Positions 47,885 to 57,246 of a stretch of DNA of 64,000 nucleotides are shown one piece after another. Origin of the DNA: a virus. The notes under the pieces were generated by a model that did not search any database, had not been told where the DNA came from, and worked only from the letters and a program-made list of their open reading frames with translations. The DNA is taken from the IMG/VR virus record IMGVR_UViG_2667527224_000001; one strand, written 5' to 3'. Every line of letters begins with the position of its first letter. Position 1 is the stretch's first letter. Made by a program: the position numbers and the translations under genes.

Positions 47885-48418
47885 ATGATGAAGCCCGATC
47901 AGCGCGCGCAAGCTAATCTTGCTACCTTCTCCATTGTGATCGCGCAAGCCAAAAGCGACCCTGAGCTCCGAGACGCCGTTCTGGCTGACGGGGCATTTCG
48001 CACGATATGGCCCTTGATTGGAGGGCATCATGACAAAGCTGATCCCGTGGAGGATACTGGCACAATGAATGACATATCCCGCGAAGAACTCGATGCAAAA
48101 TTATCCGCCGTAGAAGCGCGGATGGATCGTCGCATCGCAGATTTTCAAAGCGATATGCGCCAGGCTGTGAGTGACTTTCGGCTTGAGATTCAGCCTTTGA
48201 AAGGCATGAAGACGAATATCTGGTCGGCGACAGCAGTTATGGTTGGCACCATCATCGCTGTTGTTGGCCTGTCCTTTACTGCCTTTGACTCTGGGCGCGA
48301 AACTTCTGCGCTTGTGCAAGAGGCTAAGCAGCAGTCATTAGAAACCCGGCAGCTGCTCGAGCAAATTCAAGCGCAGCAGAAGGCTTTGGTTGCTCCACAA
48401 CCAACCACCTCCAAGTAA
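47885..48418 (+). CDS. Coiled-coil + single TM protein
   Basis: ISREELDAKL coil; TM IWSATAVMVGTIIAVVGLSF; terminator follows. Confidence 0.7.
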   Translation: MMKPDQRAQANLATFSIVIAQAKSDPELRDAVLADGAFRTIWPLIGGHHDKADPVEDTGTMNDISREELDAKLSAVEARMDRRIADFQSDMRQAVSDFRLEIQPLKGMKTNIWSATAVMVGTIIAVVGLSFTAFDSGRETSALVQEAKQQSLETRQLLEQIQAQQKALVAPQPTTSK

Positions 48419-48543
48419 AAAGCCCGGCCCAGCGCCGGGCTTTTCGTATCTGGCACCACCTCCCTCCCATAACCTGGCGATCAGCGGCCACTCTTCCATG
48501 TTCCCATGGACTAAAATCGGGTTGAGCGATGGAGGGATTACGC

Positions 48544-48741
48544 ATGGACAAGCCGAAAAACGCAGAAGAGATGCGAGCGCTGCTGCTCAGCCAGCACCCC
48601 AACCTGAAAGATGATCTTGCGAAGATTTCAGACTTTGAGCTGCTGCAGCTCATGATCTGCGCCTACGAATGCGCGATTGGCATCAAAGAAGCCGAGATGG
48701 GCGAGATGGCCAGGGCGCTCTTTTCCCCTATGCTCCATTGA
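48544..48741 (+). CDS. Small hypothetical
   Basis: GGAGGG RBS; own terminator. Confidence 0.55.
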   Translation: MDKPKNAEEMRALLLSQHPNLKDDLAKISDFELLQLMICAYECAIGIKEAEMGEMARALFSPMLH

Positions 48742-49045
48742 TTTCATCCGGCCCGTACATCTGGACGGCTTTTTTCGTATCCGCCCTGTCACGCCTTCGT
48801 CACAGCTATCCCGCACAATGCGGGCAGCCAAAGGGATTTGGCCCCGTGCATCAAGAGCCCAGTCAAGTGCCGGGCCTTTCGTTCCCGACTTGAAACCATG
48901 AAAGCTCCGACTAAGCTAAAAATTAGCTGAAGGAGCGGCTCTCGGTGAAAAAGACAGCCCGCTTACGCGGGCTTTTTTATTTGCTCAGTAGGCCGGTGGC
49001 TCGCAGCAGCTACCGCTCGGGCTCTATTTAAAATGGTGGCATCCC

Positions 49046-49288
49046 ATGGATACCATGACCAAGCAACAAATCGAAGTGATACTCTCGGATCGACTACCGA
49101 ACTGCACTGTCTCCTGCTCGATAAATCCAGATGGCACGCTGGCGGTGGCGTTGACAGGACCATCCTCACAGCAATTTACTGTCATAAACGTCGACCGTCT
49201 CCAATATCACGGGGCGGCTGGAATCAACAGGCTTGTACGGGAGATCCTGGAAGAGATGGTTATCACTCGGAAGTCCTCTAGCTTTTGA
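49046..49288 (+). CDS. DUF1652-like protein
   Basis: C.V.C.I.PDG.L.V pattern. Confidence 0.6.
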   Translation: MDTMTKQQIEVILSDRLPNCTVSCSINPDGTLAVALTGPSSQQFTVINVDRLQYHGAAGINRLVREILEEMVITRKSSSF

Positions 49289-49321
49289 CACTGCACTACC
49301 AACTGCAAAAGCTATCAAGCT

Positions 49322-49543
49322 CTATCCCTCACAGATCGTGCCTTCCACCGCGCGCGCATAGGATAGCGTCGCCACCCCTATCAAGGTCTTGCGCTCTTCT
49401 GGATCAATAATCCGCTTCTCCCGAAAATTGTCAGCGAGCCGAAGCAATTCGTCGTACTGCTCCTGCGCATTCATCTGGTCTTCTGGGTTCGTCAGTAACT
49501 CATGCCAGGCGTAAAGCGCCTGTGCTTTCGCGTCATCGTACAT
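49322..49543 (-). CDS. Small hypothetical, paralog of 50172-50372
   Basis: W..LL......EQYDEL.R.AD.....II..E. Confidence 0.65.
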   Translation of the reverse strand: MYDDAKAQALYAWHELLTNPEDQMNAQEQYDELLRLADNFREKRIIDPEERKTLIGVATLSYARAVEGTICEG

Positions 49544-49766
49544 GGCCTACTCCGAAATTTTTTTGGTAGAGCTCAGAAGACTTCGGGAAATTCAGTGGTC
49601 CGGACATACGGTATGAAGCGCAACGGCGCCGGGCTTTTTGTTTCCGCCCTCCCGCCCCTCTTGCCGGCATCGACCTGCACATAACGCAACGGCCTGCTGA
49701 TTTTCGGTCGACCTGAAGCTAGTCGAAGCCCACGACCCAAAAGAGTACAAAAGTACTCCTTCCGTA

Positions 49767-49807
49767 TTGCCTTTTAGCGATGGATAAAATACTGTTTATT
49801 CATACAG
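49767..49807 (+). promoter_or_regulatory. SOS promoter: LexA box CTGT-N8-ACAG (49792-49807) over -10
   Basis: TTGCCT-N17-TACTGT; TACTGTTTATTCATACAGTA. Confidence 0.8.
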
Positions 49808-49824
49808 TAAATCAGAGATCCATC

Positions 49825-50082
49825 ATGGCAAAGGCAAAGAAAGAACCTACCCCTCCTACTCCGCCCTCCTCCTACGATCTGATGGGCATGCGTGTGCAGA
49901 AGATCATCAATTCGACTGGTGCGCAGACTGCAAAGCGAGCGGTCATCTATAAAGCCCCGGACGAGCTGCAGGATGATTGGGAGCAGTTGCTCGAGGCGAT
50001 TGATGAAGCGGACAACGTGACCATCGCTCACCAGGATGATGGAGGCGTCCAGGTTTTCTGGACCGTGCCGAAAGACGATTGA
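49825..50082 (+). CDS. DUF1654 protein
   Basis: YD..G.RVQKIINS..AQ...DDGGV.VFW. Confidence 0.8.
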   Translation: MAKAKKEPTPPTPPSSYDLMGMRVQKIINSTGAQTAKRAVIYKAPDELQDDWEQLLEAIDEADNVTIAHQDDGGVQVFWTVPKDD

Positions 50083-50171
50083 TCAAAACGAATGACTGAA
50101 GCCCGCCGATGTGCGGGCTTTTCTTTGCTTGCGATACAGATTCGTGACCTTGGCTGCCTGACTGCCCTGCC

Positions 50172-50372
50172 TCAATGATATTTGTGCCCTGGACTCCCAA
50201 CAAGATAGCTTCCGGCTGTCCGCACCAGCTCTCGCCACTCGGAGCAGTCAATGATCCCACGGGCCAGTAGATTATCTGCAACGCTGATCAGTTCGTCGTA
50301 GCGTTTCTCGATATCGCCATTCAATGGGCGCGACAGCATCAGGCGCCACTCGGCCATAGCGGTGTTTTTCAT
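50172..50372 (-). CDS. Small hypothetical, paralog of 49322
   Basis: RYDELISVADNLLARGIID..EW.EL. Confidence 0.6.
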   Translation of the reverse strand: MKNTAMAEWRLMLSRPLNGDIEKRYDELISVADNLLARGIIDCSEWRELVRTAGSYLVGSPGHKYH

Positions 50373-50519
50373 AATTGCTCGAGCTCGGCGATGGTATGCA
50401 AAAAAATTGTCTCACTGGACAGGAGTCACGGCCAGATAGCCCCCCGCCGTTAGTGATTTACATTGACCCAGATCAAGCAAGGTAAAAATATCATTACCGA
50501 TTTCCGGCATGGCAACCCA

Positions 50520-50681
50520 TGCCCAGCCCACGGATTGCGAACTGATAGGCCTGCGCATCCAGAAGATCATCAATTCACCTGCCGCCCAGAAGCTGAGATC
50601 GGCGATGCGGAGGGCGTGACCCTGGAGCGCCTGGACGACGGCAGCGTCGAGATCTCGTGGGTAGTGCCGAAAGACGATTGA
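50520..50681 (+). pseudogene. Degenerate second DUF1654 copy
   Basis: Frameshifted IGLRIQKIINS; ...DDGSVEISWVVPKDD*; same downstream terminator. Confidence 0.7.
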
Positions 50682-50787
50682 TCAAAGCGAATGGCTGAAG
50701 CCCGCCGAGCGCGGGCTTTTTGTTTCGCGCAGCCATGATGGCAGTGAGCCATGATAAAATTGCGTTTCAACTTAGGAGGGAAACGCT

Positions 50788-51159
50788 TTGCCTTTGAAAG
50801 CCAAACAGATAAAGGTCGCCTTGCTTAGCCTTGCAACAGGCCTAAGCCTCACCTCTATTGTCGCCATCGCCGCATCGGCAAGTGAAGGCATGGATGACTG
50901 TAAGCGCCTGGAAAGCTCAGCAGAGCTAGTAATGCGGGCGCGCCAGGCTGGCGCTCCGATGTCAAAAATATGGAAAGTTGCAGAGGACACTCATGACGAC
51001 TACTTGGAGGCTATGTATAAAATGCTCGCCAAAAATGCGTATGAGACCCCTCAGTATTCGACTGAGCCGATGCAGCAGCGTGCCGTCGTTGATTTTCAGA
51101 ACACCTTTTTCTTGGCCTGCATTTCCAACCTAGAAAAAAAGACCAAGAAAAAATCGTGA
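50788..51159 (+). CDS. Exported protein with signal peptide
   Basis: Basic + hydrophobic N-term ending ASA; Cys pair. Confidence 0.7.
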   Translation: MPLKAKQIKVALLSLATGLSLTSIVAIAASASEGMDDCKRLESSAELVMRARQAGAPMSKIWKVAEDTHDDYLEAMYKMLAKNAYETPQYSTEPMQQRAVVDFQNTFFLACISNLEKKTKKKS

Positions 51160-51244
51160 TTTGCTAACGAACCCAAACAGCCCGCCTAGCGCGGGCTTTT
51201 TTATGCGTGAAAAAACAACCATAGATTACTGAATTCCGTGAAAT

Positions 51245-51370
51245 TACAACTTTTAAGAAAAATATCTACAACCAATAGCTTGCACTCTGTAACTGCAGGT
51301 TGTAGATTTGCACCCATCGCAGCGACACACAGCCACTGCGAAGGGCCGAGAGGCCTGCCGCTCTTTAACA
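51245..51370 (+). promoter_or_regulatory. OL/pL with operators, GNRA hairpin and boxA
   Basis: TGTAAC-N5-GTTGTA 51288-51304; TTGCAC-N17-TAGATT; GGCC-GAGA-GGCC 51344-55; CGCTCTTTAACA 51359-70. Confidence 0.75.
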
Positions 51371-51541
51371 ACCTGAAGACGTACCCTGGCGCCAGACGGC
51401 GTTTGAGTCCGGGGAACAGTACGCAGCACAGCATGCTTCCTTGCGCGATATATCGGCTCGCAGGTTTGCTGAGCAACACCCACAGATTTACTGATGCCGC
51501 TTCGATGAGGCGGCATTGGAAATCAACCGGAGGGCAAGACC

Positions 51542-51673
51542 ATGAATCGCAAGCAATTTCGTAAGGCCCGCGTCGCAGTGAAGTTTGACTGCATCAACCC
51601 GACCGCCTGCAACTGTGACGTTCCGGGCTATGAGAAGGCCCTGATCCTCTCACTGATGCACCGCACGAATTAG
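51542..51673 (+). CDS. 43-aa basic/Cys peptide, first pL ORF
   Basis: GGAGGG RBS; MNRKQFRKARVAVK... Confidence 0.55.
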   Translation: MNRKQFRKARVAVKFDCINPTACNCDVPGYEKALILSLMHRTN

Positions 51674-51845
51674 GCGAAAGCCAACGAAAAAAGAGAGATG
51701 CGACCCTGGAATCTTTTCAAATAAGTCTGGATCGCCGCGTAAAGCCCCGAACGCGTCATGAAGGGGTGACAGTGCCCGATAGGTGGGTGAATGGCGTAAT
51801 GGCCTTGCATGCCGGTCCGACCTACTTCGGACACAGAATCACTGC

Positions 51846-52270
51846 ACGACAGCCTGTCGTTAACTGCCCGATCCTCTCTATGAGAGCGCATCGGGGTGTG
51901 ATCTGAATCCTGCCGCCAAGCAGCACAGCTTCCATCCAGCGAGATTCGGAGGAATGAACACGGGTCGATGCAGGGATTGGCTCCTGCCAGATCACACCCC
52001 GATGCGGACGAAACTGCGGCCTATAACCGCCCACCTGCGTCATCCCAGAATCGGTTGTTATCGAGCGCTGGCGAACTGAATACGGCCGTGGAACTCGGCG
52101 CCGGAGACGTGACCGGCAAGCAGATGCGGCGTTGAAAGCTGGGTTGAACGCTTCGGCGGCCCTGGAGAAACGCAGGTTAATACGGCGCCAGATAATGCTG
52201 GTTGCCCCTCCGAGCGGTCGTCCCGAAAGGGTCCGCTCTCGCCGGAATCGCGCCCGGCCATCTGCACCCA
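51846..52270 (+). ncRNA. Candidate structured leader RNA
   Basis: Perfect 19-bp stem 51887-51905 / 51988-52006 plus several hairpins; no convincing ORF. Confidence 0.45.
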
Positions 52271-52382
52271 CCCTCCCCCGACACCACCCGCATGCACTCC
52301 CCTCCGCGCCCAACGGCAACCAGCGGAATGGATGAGTGCAGCCGTGTTTTGTTGGATCAACACCGCCACTCTGGAGGCGACC

Positions 52383-52670
52383 ATGAATTACGAAGTGATT
52401 GTTGAAGGCTTTGTCCTCCAGGTGGAGGTAACCCACTGCGAGAACACGCCGCCCTGCCCGAGCAGTTGGGACAGCGACTGGGATGCGCAGGGCTCCCGGG
52501 AACTGGAGTTCAAGTTGGTATCAGGCATCTGCTACGACGAAGACGGCGCCCGAATGGATGTCGAACGGCACCTGCTGCCTCTACTGGCCAAGCAGTACGG
52601 GCCGCAGATCGAAACCGCCCTGTGGATTGAGATCGACGCGAACCAGCGCCGGCGTAGGTGGGCAGCATGA
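52383..52670 (+). CDS. Early phage hypothetical
   Basis: GGAGG RBS; coupled operon. Confidence 0.7.
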   Translation: MNYEVIVEGFVLQVEVTHCENTPPCPSSWDSDWDAQGSRELEFKLVSGICYDEDGARMDVERHLLPLLAKQYGPQIETALWIEIDANQRRRRWAA

Positions 52671-52900
52671 GCCAGCGACAGCAAGACCATCAGACAGCCG
52701 TCACCTGGATCGAGGGTGAAATTAACAACATGATCCGCGACCTCGGCAAGCCGAACGCCAGCGCTGCAGCGACTTCAGCCATCACCCTCGCCTTCCTGCT
52801 CCACGCAATCAGTGAGGAGGAGCATCGCTGTTACCGGGCGCGCATTGATCAGATCTACGCCGACTACAACGCATCGATCAAGCAAGAGGTAGCAGCATGA
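52667..52900 (+). CDS. Early phage hypothetical
   Basis: ATGA coupling. Confidence 0.7.
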   Translation: MSQRQQDHQTAVTWIEGEINNMIRDLGKPNASAAATSAITLAFLLHAISEEEHRCYRARIDQIYADYNASIKQEVAA

Positions 52901-53067
52901 CCACACCACCAGTCAAAACCCTGATCGACGAGCAGCTCGACGAGATCGAACGCAGCCTAGCGGTCATCGGCGCAGGCCTTCCCCGCGAATTGCCGGTGTC
53001 CGCGCTGCCGCCAAAGCTTGTTGAAGCTGTTAAGGCTGGGCGAATCGCCGTGAGGCCACGACCATGA
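52897..53067 (+). CDS. Early phage hypothetical (56 aa)
   Basis: ATGA coupling on both ends. Confidence 0.7.
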   Translation: MTTPPVKTLIDEQLDEIERSLAVIGAGLPRELPVSALPPKLVEAVKAGRIAVRPRP

Positions 53068-53306
53068 CCATGATTTGCGGTAATTGCGGCCAGTTCGGAA
53101 TCCGGTGGATGGGTCCGATGAGTCGGCTCCCCCATACCGAATGCCCGCACTGCGGTGGCACGAACTGCCATCTGGTCGATCAGCCAGAGCCGGATGAGCC
53201 TGAAACTGCCACATGCAGCTGCGGCGCCCAAGGCGAGGTGAATTACGACGACGGCTCGGATCGCCGGTTCTACTGCTACAGCAGCTTACCGGCGTGCTCG
53301 CCATGA
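53064..53306 (+). CDS. Cys-rich zinc-ribbon-like protein
   Basis: CxxC, CxxC, CxC. Confidence 0.65.
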   Translation: MTMICGNCGQFGIRWMGPMSRLPHTECPHCGGTNCHLVDQPEPDEPETATCSCGAQGEVNYDDGSDRRFYCYSSLPACSP

Positions 53307-53419
53307 CCTCCTACCAACGCGCCAAGCGCTTCTGGTTCTGGCGTGGCTCTGCCATCGCCCTTCTGTTCTTCACTGCCTGGATGCTGGCCAGCTCTTACTG
53401 CGCCCAGCTCACTCAATAA
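53303..53419 (+). CDS. Small TM peptide
   Basis: MTSYQRAKRFWFWRGSAIALLFF... Confidence 0.6.
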   Translation: MTSYQRAKRFWFWRGSAIALLFFTAWMLASSYCAQLTQ

Positions 53420-53463
53420 CCCAACACCTTCAAACGCTGCGTGCATCGCGGCAAGGATTCCTC

Positions 53464-54564
53464 ATGTCCGCAAATACCGAACTGGCCGTAGTACCGCCGC
53501 AAGAAACCGCCCTTGCCGTCTACAGCACTGAAAAGGGCCTTGAGCCCTGGCTACAGAAGATCCGCACCGAAATTGACGGCTTCACGCCTGATATCAGCAC
53601 CCGAAAGGGTCGCGATGCGATCGCTTCTATGGCCTACAAGGTTGCCCGGACCAAGACCGCTCTGGACGATGTCGGCAAGAAGCTGGTCGCCGACCTGAAG
53701 GAAGTCCCGAAGAAGATCGACGCCGAGCGAAAGCGCGTTCGCGACACTCTGGACTCATGGCAGGAAGAGGTTCGCCGTCCGCTGAACGAATGGCAGGCCG
53801 CTGAGGACGCCAGGGTCGACAAGCACAACGATGCGATTGAACGCATCCGGGTGCTGGCCGTGGACCTGGACGGTATCACCGCCGAAGACCTGGCCGACCG
53901 CATGACAAATCTCGAAGCAGTTGCCATGGGCGCCGACTGGGAAGAGTTCGAGCCGGAAGCTGCCCGCGCCAAGGACAAAGCACTGGGCGTGCTTCGCGCC
54001 GCCCTTGCTGCTCGCCAGAAGTACGAAGCTGAGCAGCTTGAACTGGCTCGCCTTCGAAAGGAAAAAGAAGACCGCGATAAGAAGGATCACGAAGAGCGCA
54101 TTGCCCGAGAAGCTGCCGAGCGAGCCACCCGCGAGGCGGAAGAAAAGGCCCAGCGTGAGCGCGACGCCGAAGCCCAGCGCGCCCGTGATGAGAAGGCAGC
54201 AGCCGAGAAGCGCGAAAGCGACCTGAAGCTTCAGGCCGCAGAGTCTGAACGCCTCGCCGAGCAAGCCAGGCGCGAAAAGATCGAGGCCGAGCAGAAGGCT
54301 GAGCGCGACAGGCTGGCAGCTGTGGAGCGGGAGAAGCAGGCCATAGAGCAGGCTCGACTGGACGAGATCGCCCGGCAACAGGCAGCGGCCGACGAAATCC
54401 TGCGACAGGAACGACTGCGCGAGCAGGACAAAGAGCATCGCCGCTCAATCAACCTTGCAGCCCTTCAAGCCTTCGTGAAAGGCGGCATGACTGAAGAGTG
54501 CGCGAAGCAAGCAATCACACTGATCGCCAGCCGCCAGATCCCCGCCATTTCCATTCAGTACTGA
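53464..54564 (+). CDS. Phage coiled-coil protein
   Basis: TPDISTRKGRDAIASMAYKVAR; E/R/A-rich coil. Confidence 0.8.
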   Translation: MSANTELAVVPPQETALAVYSTEKGLEPWLQKIRTEIDGFTPDISTRKGRDAIASMAYKVARTKTALDDVGKKLVADLKEVPKKIDAERKRVRDTLDSWQEEVRRPLNEWQAAEDARVDKHNDAIERIRVLAVDLDGITAEDLADRMTNLEAVAMGADWEEFEPEAARAKDKALGVLRAALAARQKYEAEQLELARLRKEKEDRDKKDHEERIAREAAERATREAEEKAQRERDAEAQRARDEKAAAEKRESDLKLQAAESERLAEQARREKIEAEQKAERDRLAAVEREKQAIEQARLDEIARQQAAADEILRQERLREQDKEHRRSINLAALQAFVKGGMTEECAKQAITLIASRQIPAISIQY

Positions 54565-54571
54565 GGTCGCG

Positions 54572-55354
54572 ATGAGCAATCTTGCAGTGAAAGACCAGGT
54601 CGAGCGCATGCCGGCCATTCAAACCGAATCGGCAACCATCATGTCGATCATCCAGCAGGTGGCCATGTCGCCGGACGCTGACATCGACAAGATGGAACGC
54701 TTGATGGCGATGCATGAGCGCTTCCAGGCACAGCAGGCCAAACAGCAGTACGACGATGCGCTGGCCCAGATGCAGGAAGAAATGCCGGTGATCGGCGAAC
54801 GCGGCGGAATCAAGGACAAGAACGGCCGGATCCAGAGCACCTACGCGCTCTGGGAAGACATCAACGAGATGATCAAGCCAGTGATGGCCAAGTATGGCTT
54901 TGCCCTCACCTTCCGCACCCCGCGCAACGAGCGAGGCATCGAAGTCGAAGGCGTTCTGAGTCATCGCGCTGGGCACCGGGAAGTGACCTCGATAGTCCTG
55001 CCAGTCGATACGTCGGGCAGCAAAAACGGCGTCCAAGCTGTCGCCTCCAGCGTCAGCTACGGCAAGCGCTACACCGCAGGCCTGCTGCTCAACATCACCA
55101 CGACCGGCGAAGACGACGACGGCAACGGCCCGGCCGCGCAGGTGACGCCGCGCGTGACTTCTGCCCAGGCCGCGCAACTCGCCATGCTGCTGGAGAAGTG
55201 CAGCGATAAGGCGAAAGAAGCCTTCAAAAAGATGCACGGCACCCCGGCATCGGTTGAGAAATCTCTGTTCGACCAAGTGCTCGCAATGCTCACCAAATCA
55301 GCGACCCAAAACAGCAAACCAGCCGAGGATAAAGACAATGAAAATCATCAGTAA
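54572..55354 (+). CDS. ERF-family ssDNA-annealing recombinase
   Basis: SVSYGKRYT, GEDDDG. Confidence 0.88.
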   Translation: MSNLAVKDQVERMPAIQTESATIMSIIQQVAMSPDADIDKMERLMAMHERFQAQQAKQQYDDALAQMQEEMPVIGERGGIKDKNGRIQSTYALWEDINEMIKPVMAKYGFALTFRTPRNERGIEVEGVLSHRAGHREVTSIVLPVDTSGSKNGVQAVASSVSYGKRYTAGLLLNITTTGEDDDGNGPAAQVTPRVTSAQAAQLAMLLEKCSDKAKEAFKKMHGTPASVEKSLFDQVLAMLTKSATQNSKPAEDKDNENHQ

Positions 55355-55955
55355 CGTAGAGCAAGGGACTCAAGAGTGGCTGGATCTGCGCCTGGGCATC
55401 GTGACCTGCTCGGAGCTGGACACTCTGCTGGTCAATGGTAAGGGCGAAGCAGGCTTCGGCGCCGGAGCATTCACCTACATGAACACGCTGATCGGCGAGC
55501 GCATCACCGGCGAAGCTGCCGATCCGTTCCAGGGAAACCGCCACACCGAGCGCGGACATGAATACGAGGGCGTCGCCCGCGGCCTGTATCAGTCGCAGCT
55601 CGACGTCACCACCGAGCAGGTCGGCATCATCCTGAATCACGGGATTGGCTACTCGCCTGACTCGCTGATCGGCGAAGACGGCCTGTGCGAGATCAAGACC
55701 AAACTGCCGAAGTTTCAGGTGGAAGTGATCTTGTCCGGCGAGATCCCCAAGGAGCATGTCGCGCAGTGCCAGGGCGGCCTGTGGGTGTCGGATCGCGAGT
55801 GGATCGACTTCGTCAGTTACTGGCCAGGCATGAAGCTGTTCGTGAAGCGCGCCTACCGTGACGAGGTGATGATTCGCAAGATGAGCGAGCGCGTCAAAAC
55901 CTTCTACGAAATCCTAGACGAGCGCATGAATCGCGTGCTCGGCATCGCCGCTTAA
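55338..55955 (+). CDS. YqaJ/lambda-exonuclease family
   Basis: QGTQEW..LRLG..T.S; YSPD; EIK; QCQG. Confidence 0.88.
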   Translation: MKIISNVEQGTQEWLDLRLGIVTCSELDTLLVNGKGEAGFGAGAFTYMNTLIGERITGEAADPFQGNRHTERGHEYEGVARGLYQSQLDVTTEQVGIILNHGIGYSPDSLIGEDGLCEIKTKLPKFQVEVILSGEIPKEHVAQCQGGLWVSDREWIDFVSYWPGMKLFVKRAYRDEVMIRKMSERVKTFYEILDERMNRVLGIAA

Positions 55956-55964
55956 GGAAAGCCC

Positions 55965-56447
55965 ATGCCAACACTTACCGACGTCGGCCGCATTGGTCGT
56001 GATGCTGAGCTGCGCTATACCCCGGGCGGTGACGCCGTGATCAATCTGGCCCTGGCCTGCGACTACGGTCGCAAAGGACAGGACGGCAAGCGCCCCACTC
56101 AATGGGTCGACGCCACCCTCTGGGGTAAGCAGGCCGAGGTCATGGCGCCTTACCTGCTCAAGGGACAGCAGATCTACTTCACCATGGACGATGCCCATAT
56201 CGAAACCTACGCCAAGACCAATGGCGGCGAAGGCTTCAAGCTGACGGGCAAGATCATCCTAATCAAGTTCGTCGGCTCGCCGCCTCAGGCCGCCAATCAG
56301 CCAGCGCAGCAGCCGAGGCCTCAACAGTCCCGGCAGCAGGCCGCCGCTCGCCCAGCACAGAATCAACAAGGAACGAATGGGCCGGACTACGACAGCTTCG
56401 ACGATGACATTCCCTTTGCGCCCCTCCACCACCTGAACGGTGCCTGA
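55965..56447 (+). CDS. ssb: Single-stranded DNA-binding protein
   Basis: GRIGRDAELRYT..G; acidic DDDIPF. Confidence 0.9.
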   Translation: MPTLTDVGRIGRDAELRYTPGGDAVINLALACDYGRKGQDGKRPTQWVDATLWGKQAEVMAPYLLKGQQIYFTMDDAHIETYAKTNGGEGFKLTGKIILIKFVGSPPQAANQPAQQPRPQQSRQQAAARPAQNQQGTNGPDYDSFDDDIPFAPLHHLNGA

Positions 56448-56805
56448 TATGGACCCAGCAATCGACAGAAACAACATCGCACAGATGAAACTGGAGGCGG
56501 CGAAAGCTGCCTTTTTTGCATCTGGAGGCCGGCAGCAGTTAATCCCTATCGGCGTGGGGAAAGATAGCCTGGCCACACCAGGCGCCGAGCCTCCCAAATA
56601 TGGCTACGCCAAGATCGCCGCAAAGCCGACAAAGCGCGGCAGGCTCATCACTGATGATGAAAAGGCTGCACTGGCTGCCCGGCTCATGGAATGCAAAGCG
56701 GCCGGCATGACGCGCTACAAGGCCAGCAAGCATATCGGCATCAGCGAGACGCTTTGCCGGCGGTTGATCGCCGATTACGCGCTCGACTTCCCGGCGGCGA
56801 GTTGA
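56448..56805 (+). CDS. Phage HTH-like hypothetical
   Basis: C-terminal MTRYKASKHIGIS..L. Confidence 0.65.
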
Positions 56806-56886
56806 TGCGCCGCATAGCCCGCGTCCAACAACGCAAACGACAAACCTGGCTGGCATTGCCGGCCAGTGGGATAGAAGAGGTAGGTC

Positions 56887-57246
56887 ATGGCCGAGGAACA
56901 GGAGCTGACGGCGGAAGCCAAGAAGCAGCGCAAGAAACGCGAGAAGGCCGCAGCAAGGGATGCTGCATTGGGCATCGAGAAATTCACTGTTGAGGTTGCC
57001 GGGGTGTTCAAGCCTGACCTGAAGCGAGTAATGAAGGCCCACGGCATAAACAACCAGCAGGACATACACCAGCGGCTGCTGATCAACTTGATCGCTGCCG
57101 ACTTCGAAGCCCAGGCCTGGATGTTGCGGAGTGTCACGACACCTTATGAGATACCAGAAAAGGTGTCGCGAATGTTCCGAGAGGAGAGCTTGAAGGAATT
57201 ACGACGCAATCCCGGGGATGAAACCTTACCCTTCACCATTATCTAG
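56887..57246 (+). CDS. Phage hypothetical (MAEEQELT...)
   Basis: Paralog of 6905. Confidence 0.7.
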   Translation: MAEEQELTAEAKKQRKKREKAAARDAALGIEKFTVEVAGVFKPDLKRVMKAHGINNQQDIHQRLLINLIAADFEAQAWMLRSVTTPYEIPEKVSRMFREESLKELRRNPGDETLPFTII

